A DNA stretch of 64,000 nucleotides from Candidatus Bathyarchaeum sp. (GCA_016930555.1 JAFGGM010000051.1:4715-68714); one strand, 5' to 3'; counted from the first letter of the stretch, positions 37,140 to 47,686 are shown. Notes: a model not told the origin generated them from the sequence alone. Translations and numbers: made by a program.

Positions 37140-38241
37140 CTCCTAAAACTTTAGGTATAAATCCACCACGAATCAGTTGATCAACCAGAACTATGGCAAC
37201 CGAGGCCTCAACAGCAGGCACAGCTTTGGGCACCACACAGGGGTCATGCCTGCCTTGCACCTTGATTGTTGTGTCCTCCATCTTCGACAAGTCCACAGTT
37301 TGTTGCTCTTTAGAAATCGATGGAGTAGGCTTCACTGCCACTCTAACCACAAGAGGTGTCCCAGAAGATAAGCCCCCTAAGACGCCGCCAGCGTTATTGT
37401 TCAGCATTTCGACTTCTTCGTTACATATTCTGTAAGGGTCATTGTTTTCTGAGCCCTTCATTTTTGCAGCTGCGAATCCTACGCCGAATTCAACACCCTT
37501 AACGGCGGGAACATCAAAGAGTGCCTTCCCAATTTCTGCATCTAAAGAATCAAAAAGGGGTTCACCGACCCCAACTGGAAGACCAAAGGCGACGCACTCA
37601 ACGGTTCCGCCCAAACTGTCCCCCTCTTTTTTTGCCTTCAAAATCGCTTCTACCATTTTCTTTGCCAATTGGGGGTCTGGGCATCTCACAGAGTTCGCAT
37701 AAATGTTTTCTCTAACCTCGCTAAGAGACAGATTTGCCTCCAGTTCGATGTCTTCGACGGCGGTTGTGTACGCCAGAACTTCAACATTGAAGACGTCTAG
37801 CAGTTTTTTGGCGATGGCACCAGCGATTATGAAAGCTACAGTGATTCTACCTGAGAATCTTCCCCCTCCACGGTAATCACTGAATCCCAAATACTTGACT
37901 GTTACAGGGTAATCAGCGTGTCCAGGTCTAGGCGTATACTTTATTGAATCATAGTCGCCAGAAACAACCTCTCTATTCCACACCAAAGCGCAGATTGGAG
38001 CACCAGTGGTGAAGCCATCAAAAGTTCCTGACAAAATTTCTACAACATCTTTTTCTCTTCGGGCAGAAACAATTTCCTTGTTAGCAGGCAACCTTTTGTC
38101 CAGTTCCATCTGGATGTCTTCTTCTGCGAAGGGAAGACCTGCTGGACACCCGTCTATGACTGCTCCGACGCATCTACCATGGCTTTCGCCGAAGCAGGTT
38201 ACTACGAATTCCTTTCCTATCGAGTTAGATCCCAATAACAT
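37096..38241 (-). CDS. aroC: Chorismate synthase
   Basis: 381 aa with FGESHG, GRSSARET-like and GRHDPCV motifs. Confidence 0.95.
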   Translation of the reverse strand: MLLGSNSIGKEFVVTCFGESHGRCVGAVIDGCPAGLPFAEEDIQMELDKRLPANKEIVSARREKDVVEILSGTFDGFTTGAPICALVWNREVVSGDYDSIKYTPRPGHADYPVTVKYLGFSDYRGGGRFSGRITVAFIIAGAIAKKLLDVFNVEVLAYTTAVEDIELEANLSLSEVRENIYANSVRCPDPQLAKKMVEAILKAKKEGDSLGGTVECVAFGLPVGVGEPLFDSLDAEIGKALFDVPAVKGVEFGVGFAAAKMKGSENNDPYRICNEEVEMLNNNAGGVLGGLSSGTPLVVRVAVKPTPSISKEQQTVDLSKMEDTTIKVQGRHDPCVVPKAVPAVEASVAIVLVDQLIRGGFIPKVLGVEAVGEYYGVKEED

Positions 38242-39499
38242 TCACTCCTAACACACGCAAGTCCTTGAAGAACTGCGGGTATGATTTATTTATACATTCA
38301 ACGTTTTGAATTTTTGTCTCTCCCTTAGCTCCAAGAGCTGCTACGGCACATGCCATGGCGATTCTGTGGTCATTGTGGGGATCAATGGTTGTTCCATGTA
38401 AGTTGCATCCCCCGTTTATTGTTAAGCCATCCTCGTTTACTGTGACGTCAGCGCCCATATTCTGTAGTTCTGTGCTTATCGAATCGAGCCTGTCTGATTC
38501 TTTGTACCTGAGCCTCTTGGCATTAAATATTTCCGAACACCCTTCAGCGTAGCATGCAAGAACTGCGCAGACAGGAACCAAATCTGGGATGTCTTTGGCG
38601 TCGATGTTAACTCCTGCAAGTGTTTTTCCTGTGACCTCAACAGAGTTGTCTCCTATCGTAACTGATGTGCCCATCTTTTCAAGTATGTCAACTATTGCTT
38701 TGTCGCCTTGAAAGGTTTGATACTCAAGACCTTTCACCTTTACCCGTGATGAGGTAACTGCTGCAGCTGCCAAAAGAAAGGCAGCAGACGAAAAATCGCC
38801 CGGAACAGTATGATCACATGGACGGTAGTTCTGGTTTGCGGGAATCTTCAGCTGCGAAAAATCATGATCCACCGAAGTTTCGATGCCATGCTTACCGAGG
38901 ATTTCAAGGGTCATCTCAACGTAGTCCTTGGACTCCAGTTGGGTTGTGACATTGATTTCTGTGTTTTCTTTCGCTTTTGGACAAGCAAACAGTAACCCAG
39001 AGATAAATTGGGAGCTTACGTCGCCCCTTATCGAAGTTTTTCCGCCCCTGATTCCTCCGCCACCAACACAGACAGACGAACCTCGTGCAATAGCAATTTC
39101 TGCTCCCAGTTCTTTGAGGCTTTCAAGAAGAGGCGCCACTGGTCTCCGTTCAAAGGATGCTTCAAAAAGAAACTTTGATTGGCCGGCTGCAAGAGTTGCA
39201 ACTGGAATCATGAAACGAAGAGTTGACCCAGATTCTCTGCAGTCTATGGGTTGGCTTGGCGTTCGAGGGCGTTCTGTTCCTTGGATTATCCTGCAGTTTT
39301 TTTTGAGTTCTGTTGTTGCTCCAAAGGCTTCTACTGCCTCCAGAGTCGCCTGAGTGTCATCTGAGACCAGAGGATTGCGTATTCGTGAAGTGCCGTTAGA
39401 CAATGATGCGGTTATAAGCATACGGTGGGTGTAAGCTTTGGATGAAGGAGCCGAAACCACGCCTTCAAGACGTTCAGTGTTCCTGACTATTACATCCAT
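38225..39499 (-). CDS. aroA: 3-phosphoshikimate 1-carboxyvinyltransferase (EPSP synthase)
   Basis: From the ATG at 39497-39499 (MDVIVRNTERLEGVVSAPSSKAYTHRMLI...). This start abuts the shikimate kinase stop at 39504, so the tracked 26-codon extension was removed. Confidence 0.9.
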   Translation of the reverse strand: MDVIVRNTERLEGVVSAPSSKAYTHRMLITASLSNGTSRIRNPLVSDDTQATLEAVEAFGATTELKKNCRIIQGTERPRTPSQPIDCRESGSTLRFMIPVATLAAGQSKFLFEASFERRPVAPLLESLKELGAEIAIARGSSVCVGGGGIRGGKTSIRGDVSSQFISGLLFACPKAKENTEINVTTQLESKDYVEMTLEILGKHGIETSVDHDFSQLKIPANQNYRPCDHTVPGDFSSAAFLLAAAAVTSSRVKVKGLEYQTFQGDKAIVDILEKMGTSVTIGDNSVEVTGKTLAGVNIDAKDIPDLVPVCAVLACYAEGCSEIFNAKRLRYKESDRLDSISTELQNMGADVTVNEDGLTINGGCNLHGTTIDPHNDHRIAMACAVAALGAKGETKIQNVECINKSYPQFFKDLRVLGVNVIGI

Positions 39500-39503
39500 C
39501 TTT

Positions 39504-40376
39504 TTAGTCCACAACCTTAGCTTTCTCTTTATTGATGTGAGCCTCAAGGATTTCTCCCTCACGGCTCCGCCAAACATCCTTTATAAGGTCGATTTTGTCT
39601 TCTGGAAGGATAGCTGTCACTGCGGGTCCAGTTCCAGACAAGCCAGAAGCATAGGCTCCTGCGGTGATGGCTTCTACAGATGGCGACAAATCGTAGCCTA
39701 GGGCTAATGAGTAGATTAATCCGTTCATTGTTAGGGCTGCCCAGTAGTTGCCGCTTAATGCTTCGTTGTAGGCGATTTTGACGATGGGAGCTATTTCCTT
39801 CATCCGCTGCACGTCTGTTTCTGCTGTGTAGGTTTTTTTGGTTGGAACATAGAACAGGACTGCAGGTGCTTCAGGCAACTCGAAACGTTTGACGATTCTC
39901 CGCTCCAAGTTATCCGTGATTACAACTCCGCCAAAAAATGAGGCACAAGCATCGTCAAAGGCTCCAGTTATGGTAACTTTTGCCTCCAATGCCCCGTCAA
40001 TACCAAGCTTCACCACATCAACGTCATCCAAGTTGCGTTCCAGTGCCGCAGTAGTTGCCAAGGCTATGGCATTCGCTGCTGCACTGCTACTTTTCATTCC
40101 CCTTGCCACAGGAATGTTTGATTGGGTTTCAACTTTGGCACCATACTTTTTTTCTAGACCGAAACGTTTGAGAACGCTCATGACAGTCTTTTGTGCCAGA
40201 AGAGGGTTCTCTGAGGAATCTGAAAGAATCTTAACGTGTACTACTCCGGGGTCTTCGTTGATGGAGACGGTAGCTTTTGTCCACAGGTCTACTCCTATGG
40301 CTGCTCCTTTGCCTGTAGCTATGGCATTGATTATTGTGGCTGCGCCATGAGTTATTGCCTCAGCTTTTCCCCTCAA
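39504..40376 (-). CDS. aroK: Archaeal-type shikimate kinase (GHMP kinase family)
   Basis: 290 aa. GAATIINAIATGKGAAIGVDL and GMKSSSAAANA (GHMP motif) are as in the archaeal non-AroK shikimate kinase family. Confidence 0.85.
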   Translation of the reverse strand: MRGKAEAITHGAATIINAIATGKGAAIGVDLWTKATVSINEDPGVVHVKILSDSSENPLLAQKTVMSVLKRFGLEKKYGAKVETQSNIPVARGMKSSSAAANAIALATTAALERNLDDVDVVKLGIDGALEAKVTITGAFDDACASFFGGVVITDNLERRIVKRFELPEAPAVLFYVPTKKTYTAETDVQRMKEIAPIVKIAYNEALSGNYWAALTMNGLIYSLALGYDLSPSVEAITAGAYASGLSGTGPAVTAILPEDKIDLIKDVWRSREGEILEAHINKEKAKVVD

Positions 40377-41242
40377 GGACGGACACCCTGTTCAGCCAGT
40401 TTACTCAAGGCAACTTTCTTCATGACATCAACTGGAGCCGGACAGTTAGTCCAGATTTCGAAAGCAAAAGCCCCTTGATACAGCAGCATCTCTAGACCCG
40501 AAACCACCTTAGCACCCACAATCTTTGCGTCTTTCAGGAACTTTGTTTCTAATGGATTATAGATGATGTCCATCACACACAAGCCAGAATGCAACAAATC
40601 TGCGGGAACGGGGCTTGCGTTAACGTCTGGGCTCATGCCAACAGATGTGGCGTTAACAAGAACGTCAGTGTTTCCCAGTTCTTCTTTCAGGACCTCAACT
40701 GATAGGGTTCTGCCAGTTACTTTGGTGCCAAATGTTTTGTTTAACAGTTCAGCTAGCTGTTTTGCCTTCTCTTCAGTTCTGTTGAGGATAACAAGTTCGT
40801 CTGTTTCTTGGGTTGCCTGAAAGGCTATGGCTTTTGCTGCGCCACCTGCACCTAGGAGAAGCATCTTCTTTTCTTCTGAGTCTATACGGTTTTCTTTGAG
40901 GGCAATCATAACGCCTTTGCCGTCTGTGTTGTATCCGAACAGTCTTCCCCGCTCGTTTAGGATTGTATTCACTGCGCCAATAGCCTTCGCTGTAGAATCA
41001 GTTTCATCCAAATATTGTATGATGGCATGTTTGTGGGGCATAGTAACATTTAATCCTAAGAGACCCAAACTTTTTGCACCCAAAATCGCATCTTCTAACC
41101 CCTCTGTTTTTACGGAGAAAGCCACGTAAACAATGTTTAGTCCCAATTCTTTGAAGGCTGCGTTATGCATTACAGGACTTAAAGAGTGGTCTACTGGGTC
41201 GCCGATGACGGCACAAACCTTGGTTTTTCCGTTGATTTTCAT
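40373..41242 (-). CDS. aroE: Shikimate dehydrogenase
   Basis: From the ATG at 41240-41242 (MKINGKTKVCAVIGDPVDHSLSPVMHNAAF...), directly after the aroD stop at 41245. The tracked extension was removed. Confidence 0.9.
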   Translation of the reverse strand: MKINGKTKVCAVIGDPVDHSLSPVMHNAAFKELGLNIVYVAFSVKTEGLEDAILGAKSLGLLGLNVTMPHKHAIIQYLDETDSTAKAIGAVNTILNERGRLFGYNTDGKGVMIALKENRIDSEEKKMLLLGAGGAAKAIAFQATQETDELVILNRTEEKAKQLAELLNKTFGTKVTGRTLSVEVLKEELGNTDVLVNATSVGMSPDVNASPVPADLLHSGLCVMDIIYNPLETKFLKDAKIVGAKVVSGLEMLLYQGAFAFEIWTNCPAPVDVMKKVALSKLAEQGVRP

Positions 41243-41244
41243 TG

Positions 41245-41925
41245 TTATTGCCCCATCAGCTGGTACGCCTTTTTCATTTCCTGAATAGTTAATTGCCCTT
41301 TTGCTGTTTTTCTTTTTTCGCCAATAGAAGCAAAGGTAAAGAAGGCTCCGAAGATAGGAGACAAGAAACGTGAAGGTACGCCGAGGTCTCCCATAGCAAA
41401 ACAAACAATTTTACATTTTTTGAAAACCTTGGAAACTAGATCTATGACTGTCGAGTTATCTTCAACGGATTTAGCGGTGGTTATAATTTTGCAGACATCA
41501 GCACCCAAAGCCACCTCCTCATCAACAACCTTTTCCAGTTGCGAGAGGGAAGGAGTTCGCTCGAAATCATGGAATGATATGATGACTTTTGCTCCAGCCT
41601 CACGCAGACTTCTGATTAATTTTTCCTGATTAGGTGTGCCCAAATCTACATCTACATATGTGAAGCCACTTTTTGCGGCATTCAACAAGATTTTTTGGCG
41701 CTCAGTTTCGTTTCCTGAAAAATTGCCGAGGTTTTTCTGTGATTTGTTTGTTGCTATCAGGGGCGTCTTGGTGTAGCGTGTAATTTCGGGGATACGGTCA
41801 TGGTTTTTGAGACTGTCTAATCTTATTTCAATGAGGTCTGCATCTTGAGCTTCAGCGTGTTTTATCAAACAGAATGCTTCTTCAACTGTTTTTGGAGGTA
41901 CTGCAACGCAGACTCTGACTGTCAA
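41245..41925 (-). CDS. aroD: 3-dehydroquinate dehydratase, type I
   Basis: 226 aa with a TIM-barrel type I DHQase pattern (DLIEIRLD..., IISFHDF, a catalytic-Lys-region CFAMG-like motif). Confidence 0.85.
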   Translation of the reverse strand: MTVRVCVAVPPKTVEEAFCLIKHAEAQDADLIEIRLDSLKNHDRIPEITRYTKTPLIATNKSQKNLGNFSGNETERQKILLNAAKSGFTYVDVDLGTPNQEKLIRSLREAGAKVIISFHDFERTPSLSQLEKVVDEEVALGADVCKIITTAKSVEDNSTVIDLVSKVFKKCKIVCFAMGDLGVPSRFLSPIFGAFFTFASIGEKRKTAKGQLTIQEMKKAYQLMGQ

Positions 41926-42992
41926 CGTTCTATCACAGCTTCTTCTTTCACCAATGTTCCGAAATGCCTGCCTCCCTCTTCCACACGAGCCAATATCTTA
42001 TCTCCCTTCTGCAGGTTCGTGACTGCTTTGGAGCCTTCGGGAGTCACAACGCGTATGGTTTCGGCATTCTGAGCAATCAGCTTCAAAGTTAGGCCACCAC
42101 AATCCGCTTCAATAAGCAGCATAGGTCTCCACTCAATTTTCGACCGTGCAACATTCGTCAGCCTGACTCTTCCTTCGCGGTCAACCACTAGAACTTCTTC
42201 TCCAGCCTTCAACTCCGACAAGTATCTAGTTCTTGTTGGAGAAGTCAAGGCATACAAAGAAAGGGGACCAGCATTCACCCTGAAGGGACGAGTCTCTACA
42301 TATGGGCTTTCATGAACTTCAGCCTGAACCAAAAAAAGACCAGAGGACTGGCAACCCAAAAGCATACCCTCTCCAGGCTTCATAAGATCGCACGTGTCAA
42401 TGCAGGCTCGGGCGCCAGTACCAATCTCCTTCACGCAAGTAACTTCAACAGCAACCAATGCAAGGGTAAAATGGCGCTTCTTGGCAATCTCTACTGTCCT
42501 CTTTAGTTCTTCTGCGTCTGCTGTTTTCAGTAATACTCCGTCTGAGCCAAGCTCCAACGTTTCTAGGGCAACTTTTGCCTCTTTTGTGCTGGAGACTTCT
42601 GCGATAAGTTTGGTTTTATCTCTGGTTTTGGCGATGAGGTTCTCTAGGGGAATTATTTTCCAGTCCGGAGTACCGACAATGATATAGTCGGAGTTGAGTC
42701 CAACCGCTTCTATTGCTGTTTCTTCATCCTTTTTTCCCGTGATAACGATTTTTACAGCCGTGGTTTTGCCCTTAACCTTTAATGTTTTAAGTTTCTCTGG
42801 GTCAAGGGTTGAAAGAACAACTATGTCTGCTTCTTCTGATGTTGAGGCAGCATTTACTCCAGCTTTCTTGGCTTTCTCCAAATCTTCGGGACCAACAAGC
42901 ACGGCATTGCAGGTCCTAGCTGCAGACTTTAGCAACTTGGTTTTCTGGGATTCCGAAAGAGAAGCTTCTATTTCAAGCCAGAGTTCCTTCAT
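41922..42992 (-). CDS. 3-dehydroquinate synthase II (archaeal, ADH-dependent)
   Basis: 356 aa. GARACIDTCDLMKPGEGMLLGCQSSGLFLVQAEVHESPYVETRPFRVNAGP matches the archaeal DHQ synthase II family. Confidence 0.85.
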   Translation of the reverse strand: MKELWLEIEASLSESQKTKLLKSAARTCNAVLVGPEDLEKAKKAGVNAASTSEEADIVVLSTLDPEKLKTLKVKGKTTAVKIVITGKKDEETAIEAVGLNSDYIIVGTPDWKIIPLENLIAKTRDKTKLIAEVSSTKEAKVALETLELGSDGVLLKTADAEELKRTVEIAKKRHFTLALVAVEVTCVKEIGTGARACIDTCDLMKPGEGMLLGCQSSGLFLVQAEVHESPYVETRPFRVNAGPLSLYALTSPTRTRYLSELKAGEEVLVVDREGRVRLTNVARSKIEWRPMLLIEADCGGLTLKLIAQNAETIRVVTPEGSKAVTNLQKGDKILARVEEGGRHFGTLVKEEAVIER

Positions 42993-43789
42993 CGGGATTC
43001 ACCAAGAATCTTCATGGCTTCAGAGACCGACGCGTTGTCATGGACAATGGCTGATAAGGCTTTAACCATCTTTGTAGGGTCCTTATGCTGAAATACGTTC
43101 CGTCCGATAGAAAGTCCTGCACCCCCAGCAGTTATGGAATTTTTTACCATCTGCAGAACATCACGTGGAGTCTCAGCTATTGGTCCACCCGCGATAATGA
43201 CTGGAACGGGGCAGCTATCGATGACCTGTTTGAAGGATTCGGTGTCGCCAGTGTAGTTTGTTTTAATTACGTTGGCACCCAACTCTGCACCTAAGCGAGC
43301 TGCATGAGCCACCACATCCACAGCATGGGGATCTTTGATATTTGGTCCTCGAGGATACATCATAGCCAACAAGGGCATCCCAAAATCGTCACATTCGCAG
43401 GCTACTTTTCCCATGGTTGACAGCATCTCAGTTTCATGTTCAGCACCAACATTAACGTGAACCGACACAGCATCAGCGCCCAATCTAACAGCATCGGCTA
43501 CAGAACCTATTTGCACTTTATAGTTTGGATTAGGACAACGTAGGGTGATTCCAGACAGATGAACGATTAATCCAGCGTTTCCAGTGTCAACGGTTTTGGC
43601 GATGCCTCTATTGATTACAACTGCATCAGCGTCACCATCTAGCAACTTGTTGATTATCTCTTGCATGTTTACTAGTCCCTTGACTGGCCCAATAGTTACG
43701 CCGTGGTCCATCGGAACAATCACTGTTTTTTTGTCACTTCGGAAGATTCGTCTCAGTCGCCTAGTTTTACCTGATTCCAAAACTTTCAT
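42989..43789 (-). CDS. 2-amino-3,7-dideoxy-D-threo-hept-6-ulosonate (ADH) synthase, DhnA-type class I aldolase
   Basis: 266 aa. GKTRRLRRIFRSDKKTVIVPMDHGVTIGPVKGL and the Schiff-base Lys region (NVIKTNYTG) are typical of the family. Confidence 0.85.
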   Translation of the reverse strand: MKVLESGKTRRLRRIFRSDKKTVIVPMDHGVTIGPVKGLVNMQEIINKLLDGDADAVVINRGIAKTVDTGNAGLIVHLSGITLRCPNPNYKVQIGSVADAVRLGADAVSVHVNVGAEHETEMLSTMGKVACECDDFGMPLLAMMYPRGPNIKDPHAVDVVAHAARLGAELGANVIKTNYTGDTESFKQVIDSCPVPVIIAGGPIAETPRDVLQMVKNSITAGGAGLSIGRNVFQHKDPTKMVKALSAIVHDNASVSEAMKILGESR

Positions 43790-43795
43790 TCTCCT

Positions 43796-44833
43796 TTAGA
43801 TGAATTTCTTTACCTTCAAGTATTCTGCGTTAAGGATGCCACATCCAGCAGCTCCACGTATAGTATTATGCCCTAAAGCAATAAATTTGACTCCATCGAA
43901 CACAGAGTCTCTACGGATTCTGCCCACCACAGTGCTCATGCCCTTGCCTTCCATCCTGTCCAATCGTGTTTGGGGACGATTATTCTCCGACGTAACAACA
44001 ACGGGCTTTTCTGGGGCAGACGGAAGCTTAAGCTCTTGAGGTTCGCCTACCCAATTTTCCATAGCCTCAGCTACAGCAGCTGGATCCGCATACTTCTTTG
44101 TTTCAACGAAAACAGCTTCCAAGTGCCCATCAATTGTTGGAACTCTGTGGCAGCTTGAGGAAACCTTGAAGTCTGCTGGCTTAGAGGCTGTTCCTAGAAT
44201 CTTCTGTGTTTCAGACTCCATTTTGGGCTCTTCTCCTCCAATGTAGGGAATAACGTTGTCAATAATGTCCAAGGAAGCTACGCCTGGGTATCCCGCGCCC
44301 GATATGGCCTGCATCGTAGACACTACAACACTTTTGATGCCGAACATATCATAGATTGGTTTCAGCGGCAAAGTTAGAACGGTTGTACTGCAGTTAGGAT
44401 TTGTGACAATGGCGCCCTCCCATTTTCTGTTTCTGCGCTGCTCTTCAATTAGGCTGATGTGGCTGCAGTTTATTTCAGGGTTTAACATAGGAACGTCAGG
44501 GTCCATCCTGTGGGCTGACGCATTACTGACTATCACGTAACCTGCAGCAGCAAAATCTTCTTCCATCTTTCCAGCAACATCTGATGGCAGCGCCGAGAAT
44601 ATTATGTCAACATCTTTGACTGCTTTCGGTGATATGTCTACAACATCCATTGGAGCGACAGCTTCTGGAATCGCTGTTGTTTGTCGCCATCTGGAGGCTT
44701 CACCATATGTTCTTCCTGTGCTTCTTTCGGATGCTGCAACAGTTGTAACTTCGAACCAGGGATGCCCCTCAAGTAGTTGGACGAAGATTTGTCCGACATT
44801 GCCTGTTGCTCCTAACACAGCTGCTTTCAACAT
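43796..44833 (-). CDS. asd: Aspartate-semialdehyde dehydrogenase
   Basis: 345 aa with AAVLGATGNVGQ and the active-site NPNCSTT region. Confidence 0.9.
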   Translation of the reverse strand: MLKAAVLGATGNVGQIFVQLLEGHPWFEVTTVAASERSTGRTYGEASRWRQTTAIPEAVAPMDVVDISPKAVKDVDIIFSALPSDVAGKMEEDFAAAGYVIVSNASAHRMDPDVPMLNPEINCSHISLIEEQRRNRKWEGAIVTNPNCSTTVLTLPLKPIYDMFGIKSVVVSTMQAISGAGYPGVASLDIIDNVIPYIGGEEPKMESETQKILGTASKPADFKVSSSCHRVPTIDGHLEAVFVETKKYADPAAVAEAMENWVGEPQELKLPSAPEKPVVVTSENNRPQTRLDRMEGKGMSTVVGRIRRDSVFDGVKFIALGHNTIRGAAGCGILNAEYLKVKKFI

Positions 44834-44835
44834 TT

Positions 44836-46104
44836 TTAGTCACCATTCAATGCTTCTTTAACTAATTTTAGAGCCTTCTCTTTTTCTTCCCAGTCAACAA
44901 ATAAAAGAATACTGGAAGTGATTGTGATAAGTCCAAAAATATTTATACAGTTCACTCGTAGTGCCTCGGAGATTCTTCCTGTGAGACCTGGCGTCTTTTC
45001 TAATCCAACACCTTTGATTTTGAGGAAAGCTAACTGTTTTCGGACAGACATAGCCAAAGTTTCCACATGACTCAATATCACGTTATGCACTTCCTCCAGA
45101 AGCACCTTGGAATCAGAGTTCTCTGAGGCATAAAGAATCAAAGAATCATAATTCAGGGACAAGCCCAGCAGCTTTGCATGTTTTTTCACCGTTTCAGCAA
45201 GCTGTTTTATGACATCGGGATTCTCTGACACTCCTATCCCTACGACAGTGATGGACATTCCAGAAGATGGATATTCTAGCTCTACATCCAAGTCTGCTGA
45301 GAGGGAGCCCGTGATCAACGTTCCTTCCGCATTTAGGTTGCCGTGACTATGTTTGATTACTCTGACTTTCACTGAGTCATCTTTGTATCGTAGCGCCTTC
45401 CTGTGAATGAATTTTGTTCCCGAATCGGCTAATCCAACTAAACTGTTCACGTCAATTTCTTGAAGCCGTTCAGGAGCGGCTATCACCTTGGGGTCTGCTG
45501 ACATAATTCCTTCAGCGTCCGTAACAAGAATAAGCTCATCAACGTCTAGAGCCTTCGCTAGGATAAATGCAGTTGTATCACTTCCCCCTCTTCCCAACGT
45601 CGTTACTCGGTTATCTTTTGTTTTACCCACGAAACCAGCAATCACGGGAATAATGCCCTTCTCTACGAGAGGAAGAACATTCTGTATAGCCCGTTCGTAG
45701 CAGACATCCAAGATGGGGTTAGCATCAGAAAACGAGTTATCTGTTATGATGGGCCATTCCGCGTCATGCGGATCAACGTAACGGGAATCCACTCCCTGCG
45801 CCTTTAGTGCCGCAGCGATTATTCTGATGCTTGTTCTTTCGCCCATGGCCAGAATCTCATCTAAGTCTGTCTTGTGTAACTTGCCATTGGAGCTGTTCTT
45901 TGCAGCATGAAAAAGTGTGTCGGTTGTTTTTCCCATAGCCGAAACGATGACCGCTATTTGGGTTCCCTTCTTTGCTTCTTCAGCAACTGCTGTAACTGCC
46001 CTCAATATCCGTTCGTGGTCTCCGAGGCTGGAGCCACCAAATTTAACCACAAGTCTTCTGCGATTTTTTTCAACGTTTTCTTTCATATCAACTAAACCCT
46101 CCAA
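44836..46104 (-). CDS. Aspartate kinase with C-terminal ACT domains
   Basis: 422 aa with LVVKFGGSSLG and GRGGSDTTA motifs. The probable ATG is at 46086. Confidence 0.85.
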   Translation of the reverse strand: MEGLVDMKENVEKNRRRLVVKFGGSSLGDHERILRAVTAVAEEAKKGTQIAVIVSAMGKTTDTLFHAAKNSSNGKLHKTDLDEILAMGERTSIRIIAAALKAQGVDSRYVDPHDAEWPIITDNSFSDANPILDVCYERAIQNVLPLVEKGIIPVIAGFVGKTKDNRVTTLGRGGSDTTAFILAKALDVDELILVTDAEGIMSADPKVIAAPERLQEIDVNSLVGLADSGTKFIHRKALRYKDDSVKVRVIKHSHGNLNAEGTLITGSLSADLDVELEYPSSGMSITVVGIGVSENPDVIKQLAETVKKHAKLLGLSLNYDSLILYASENSDSKVLLEEVHNVILSHVETLAMSVRKQLAFLKIKGVGLEKTPGLTGRISEALRVNCINIFGLITITSSILLFVDWEEKEKALKLVKEALNGD

Positions 46105-46333
46105 GAAGCCCAGAAAGCTAAAGACGCTAAAGTTCAGCTAACTGGGCTTACTTATAGTAAAAATAGCCAAAGCTATAGAACTGCCAAAAAGTGTTCCATT
46201 TAGTCGTCGATTGGCTATTCAAAGACCCAGTTTCCTTACCAAAAAGAAGGAACCCTGTTTCTTATATAAAAAAATATCGTATGCAAAGAATGTAGCAGGA
46301 AGACGGCTCTTAAGTACGCCTTGATTGTGATTC

Positions 46334-47686
46334 TTAAGTTTTAGGCAAATTTTTGAGGTAGTCTTTTGCTTCGTTGATGCTTTGGAAACCGTATTTGATT
46401 TCGGGGAAACTTTGCCTCAGTTTGATGATGTCTTTCTTCACGTCAGTAGAATTCCGTTTACCCTTTATTACTTCTAAGATGAGAGAACAAAGAGTTTCTA
46501 TGTCGTTGGGTTTGAAGCCTCTGCGGGTCACATCTTGGAAACCGATTCTTAGACCTGATGGGTCTCCACGATTGTGCTGATTGTCGTAGGGTAGAAGGTT
46601 CTTATTCAAAATTATGTTGGCGTCCTCAAGGTCGGAAGCAAGTTTTTGTCCTCCACCATAATCTCTGACATCAACAACAATCTGATGGGACATCGTAAAC
46701 CCATTCTTTCTGCCTAAGACTTCAATGCCATTCTCAAAGAGGCACTTACCTGCAGTTTGCGCATTCCTAATCGTCTGCTTAGCCAAATCTTTACCATACA
46801 GTTTTAGTTCCAAAGCAGCTAAACCCAAAGCAGGAAGCCTTCCAAGGTGAGAATTAGAGGTAGTCATAGGAAAAACTGCCTTCTGCACCTTCTTGATTGC
46901 CTTCTTCATCCGTTCATCTTCACAGTTAGCGAGGATAACGCCGCCTTGAGGTCCTGGAAAAGTTTTGTGGGTAGATGCAGTTATGAAGTCTACTCCATCT
47001 CCAAATGGGTCCTGAAATTCTCCGCCTGCAATCAAGCCCAGCACATGAGCTGCATCATAAACTATGTAGGCTCCTGTTTCTTTAGCAACCTTCACTAATT
47101 CTTTGACGGGATGGGGAAACTGGAAGACACTGCCTCCGAAAGTAACTATGCCTGGTCTAGTTCCCTCAATTATGGTTGCAGACTTTTCCGCATCAATGTT
47201 GAGTTCGTTCACATTGTAAGCATGATTGACAGTTTCTAACCCCAAGACTTTGCCTGCTAAGCCAGAGTAGTCATGAGTGATGTGCGCTCCAGCACTGAGA
47301 GGTAGAACTACCATTCGATTGTTTTTTGTTGCTGACGAGAGTCCCTTGAATGTTGCGAGGTTTGCATGGGTTCCTGAAACAAGCCTAACGTCAGTCCAGT
47401 TGCATCCGACCAGTTCTTTCATCAGGTCTGCTGTGTAGTTTTCGATTTTGGTCATGTATTTTTGTCCTTGATAGTGCCTTGCTTTAACGTGTCCATTAAG
47501 GTCGTTTTCGCCTTCAGCATATCTGGACTCCAAGTCATGTGTTTGGCTGAGCATTTCCTCTACTGCAGGAGATTTGAGTCCCTCACTTGCAATCAGGTTT
47601 ATGCACTCTTTTCCTCGGTATCGTTCATGAGCTTCGCTGGCGGTAATCAACCCAAGAGCTAACTTAAAGAATTCTTTTTCAACCAT
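46334..47686 (-). CDS. glyA: Serine hydroxymethyltransferase
   Basis: 450 aa. The PLP-lysine motif is ASTHKTFPGPQGG, and the INLIASEG N-terminal motif is present. Confidence 0.9.
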   Translation of the reverse strand: MVEKEFFKLALGLITASEAHERYRGKECINLIASEGLKSPAVEEMLSQTHDLESRYAEGENDLNGHVKARHYQGQKYMTKIENYTADLMKELVGCNWTDVRLVSGTHANLATFKGLSSATKNNRMVVLPLSAGAHITHDYSGLAGKVLGLETVNHAYNVNELNIDAEKSATIIEGTRPGIVTFGGSVFQFPHPVKELVKVAKETGAYIVYDAAHVLGLIAGGEFQDPFGDGVDFITASTHKTFPGPQGGVILANCEDERMKKAIKKVQKAVFPMTTSNSHLGRLPALGLAALELKLYGKDLAKQTIRNAQTAGKCLFENGIEVLGRKNGFTMSHQIVVDVRDYGGGQKLASDLEDANIILNKNLLPYDNQHNRGDPSGLRIGFQDVTRRGFKPNDIETLCSLILEVIKGKRNSTDVKKDIIKLRQSFPEIKYGFQSINEAKDYLKNLPKT

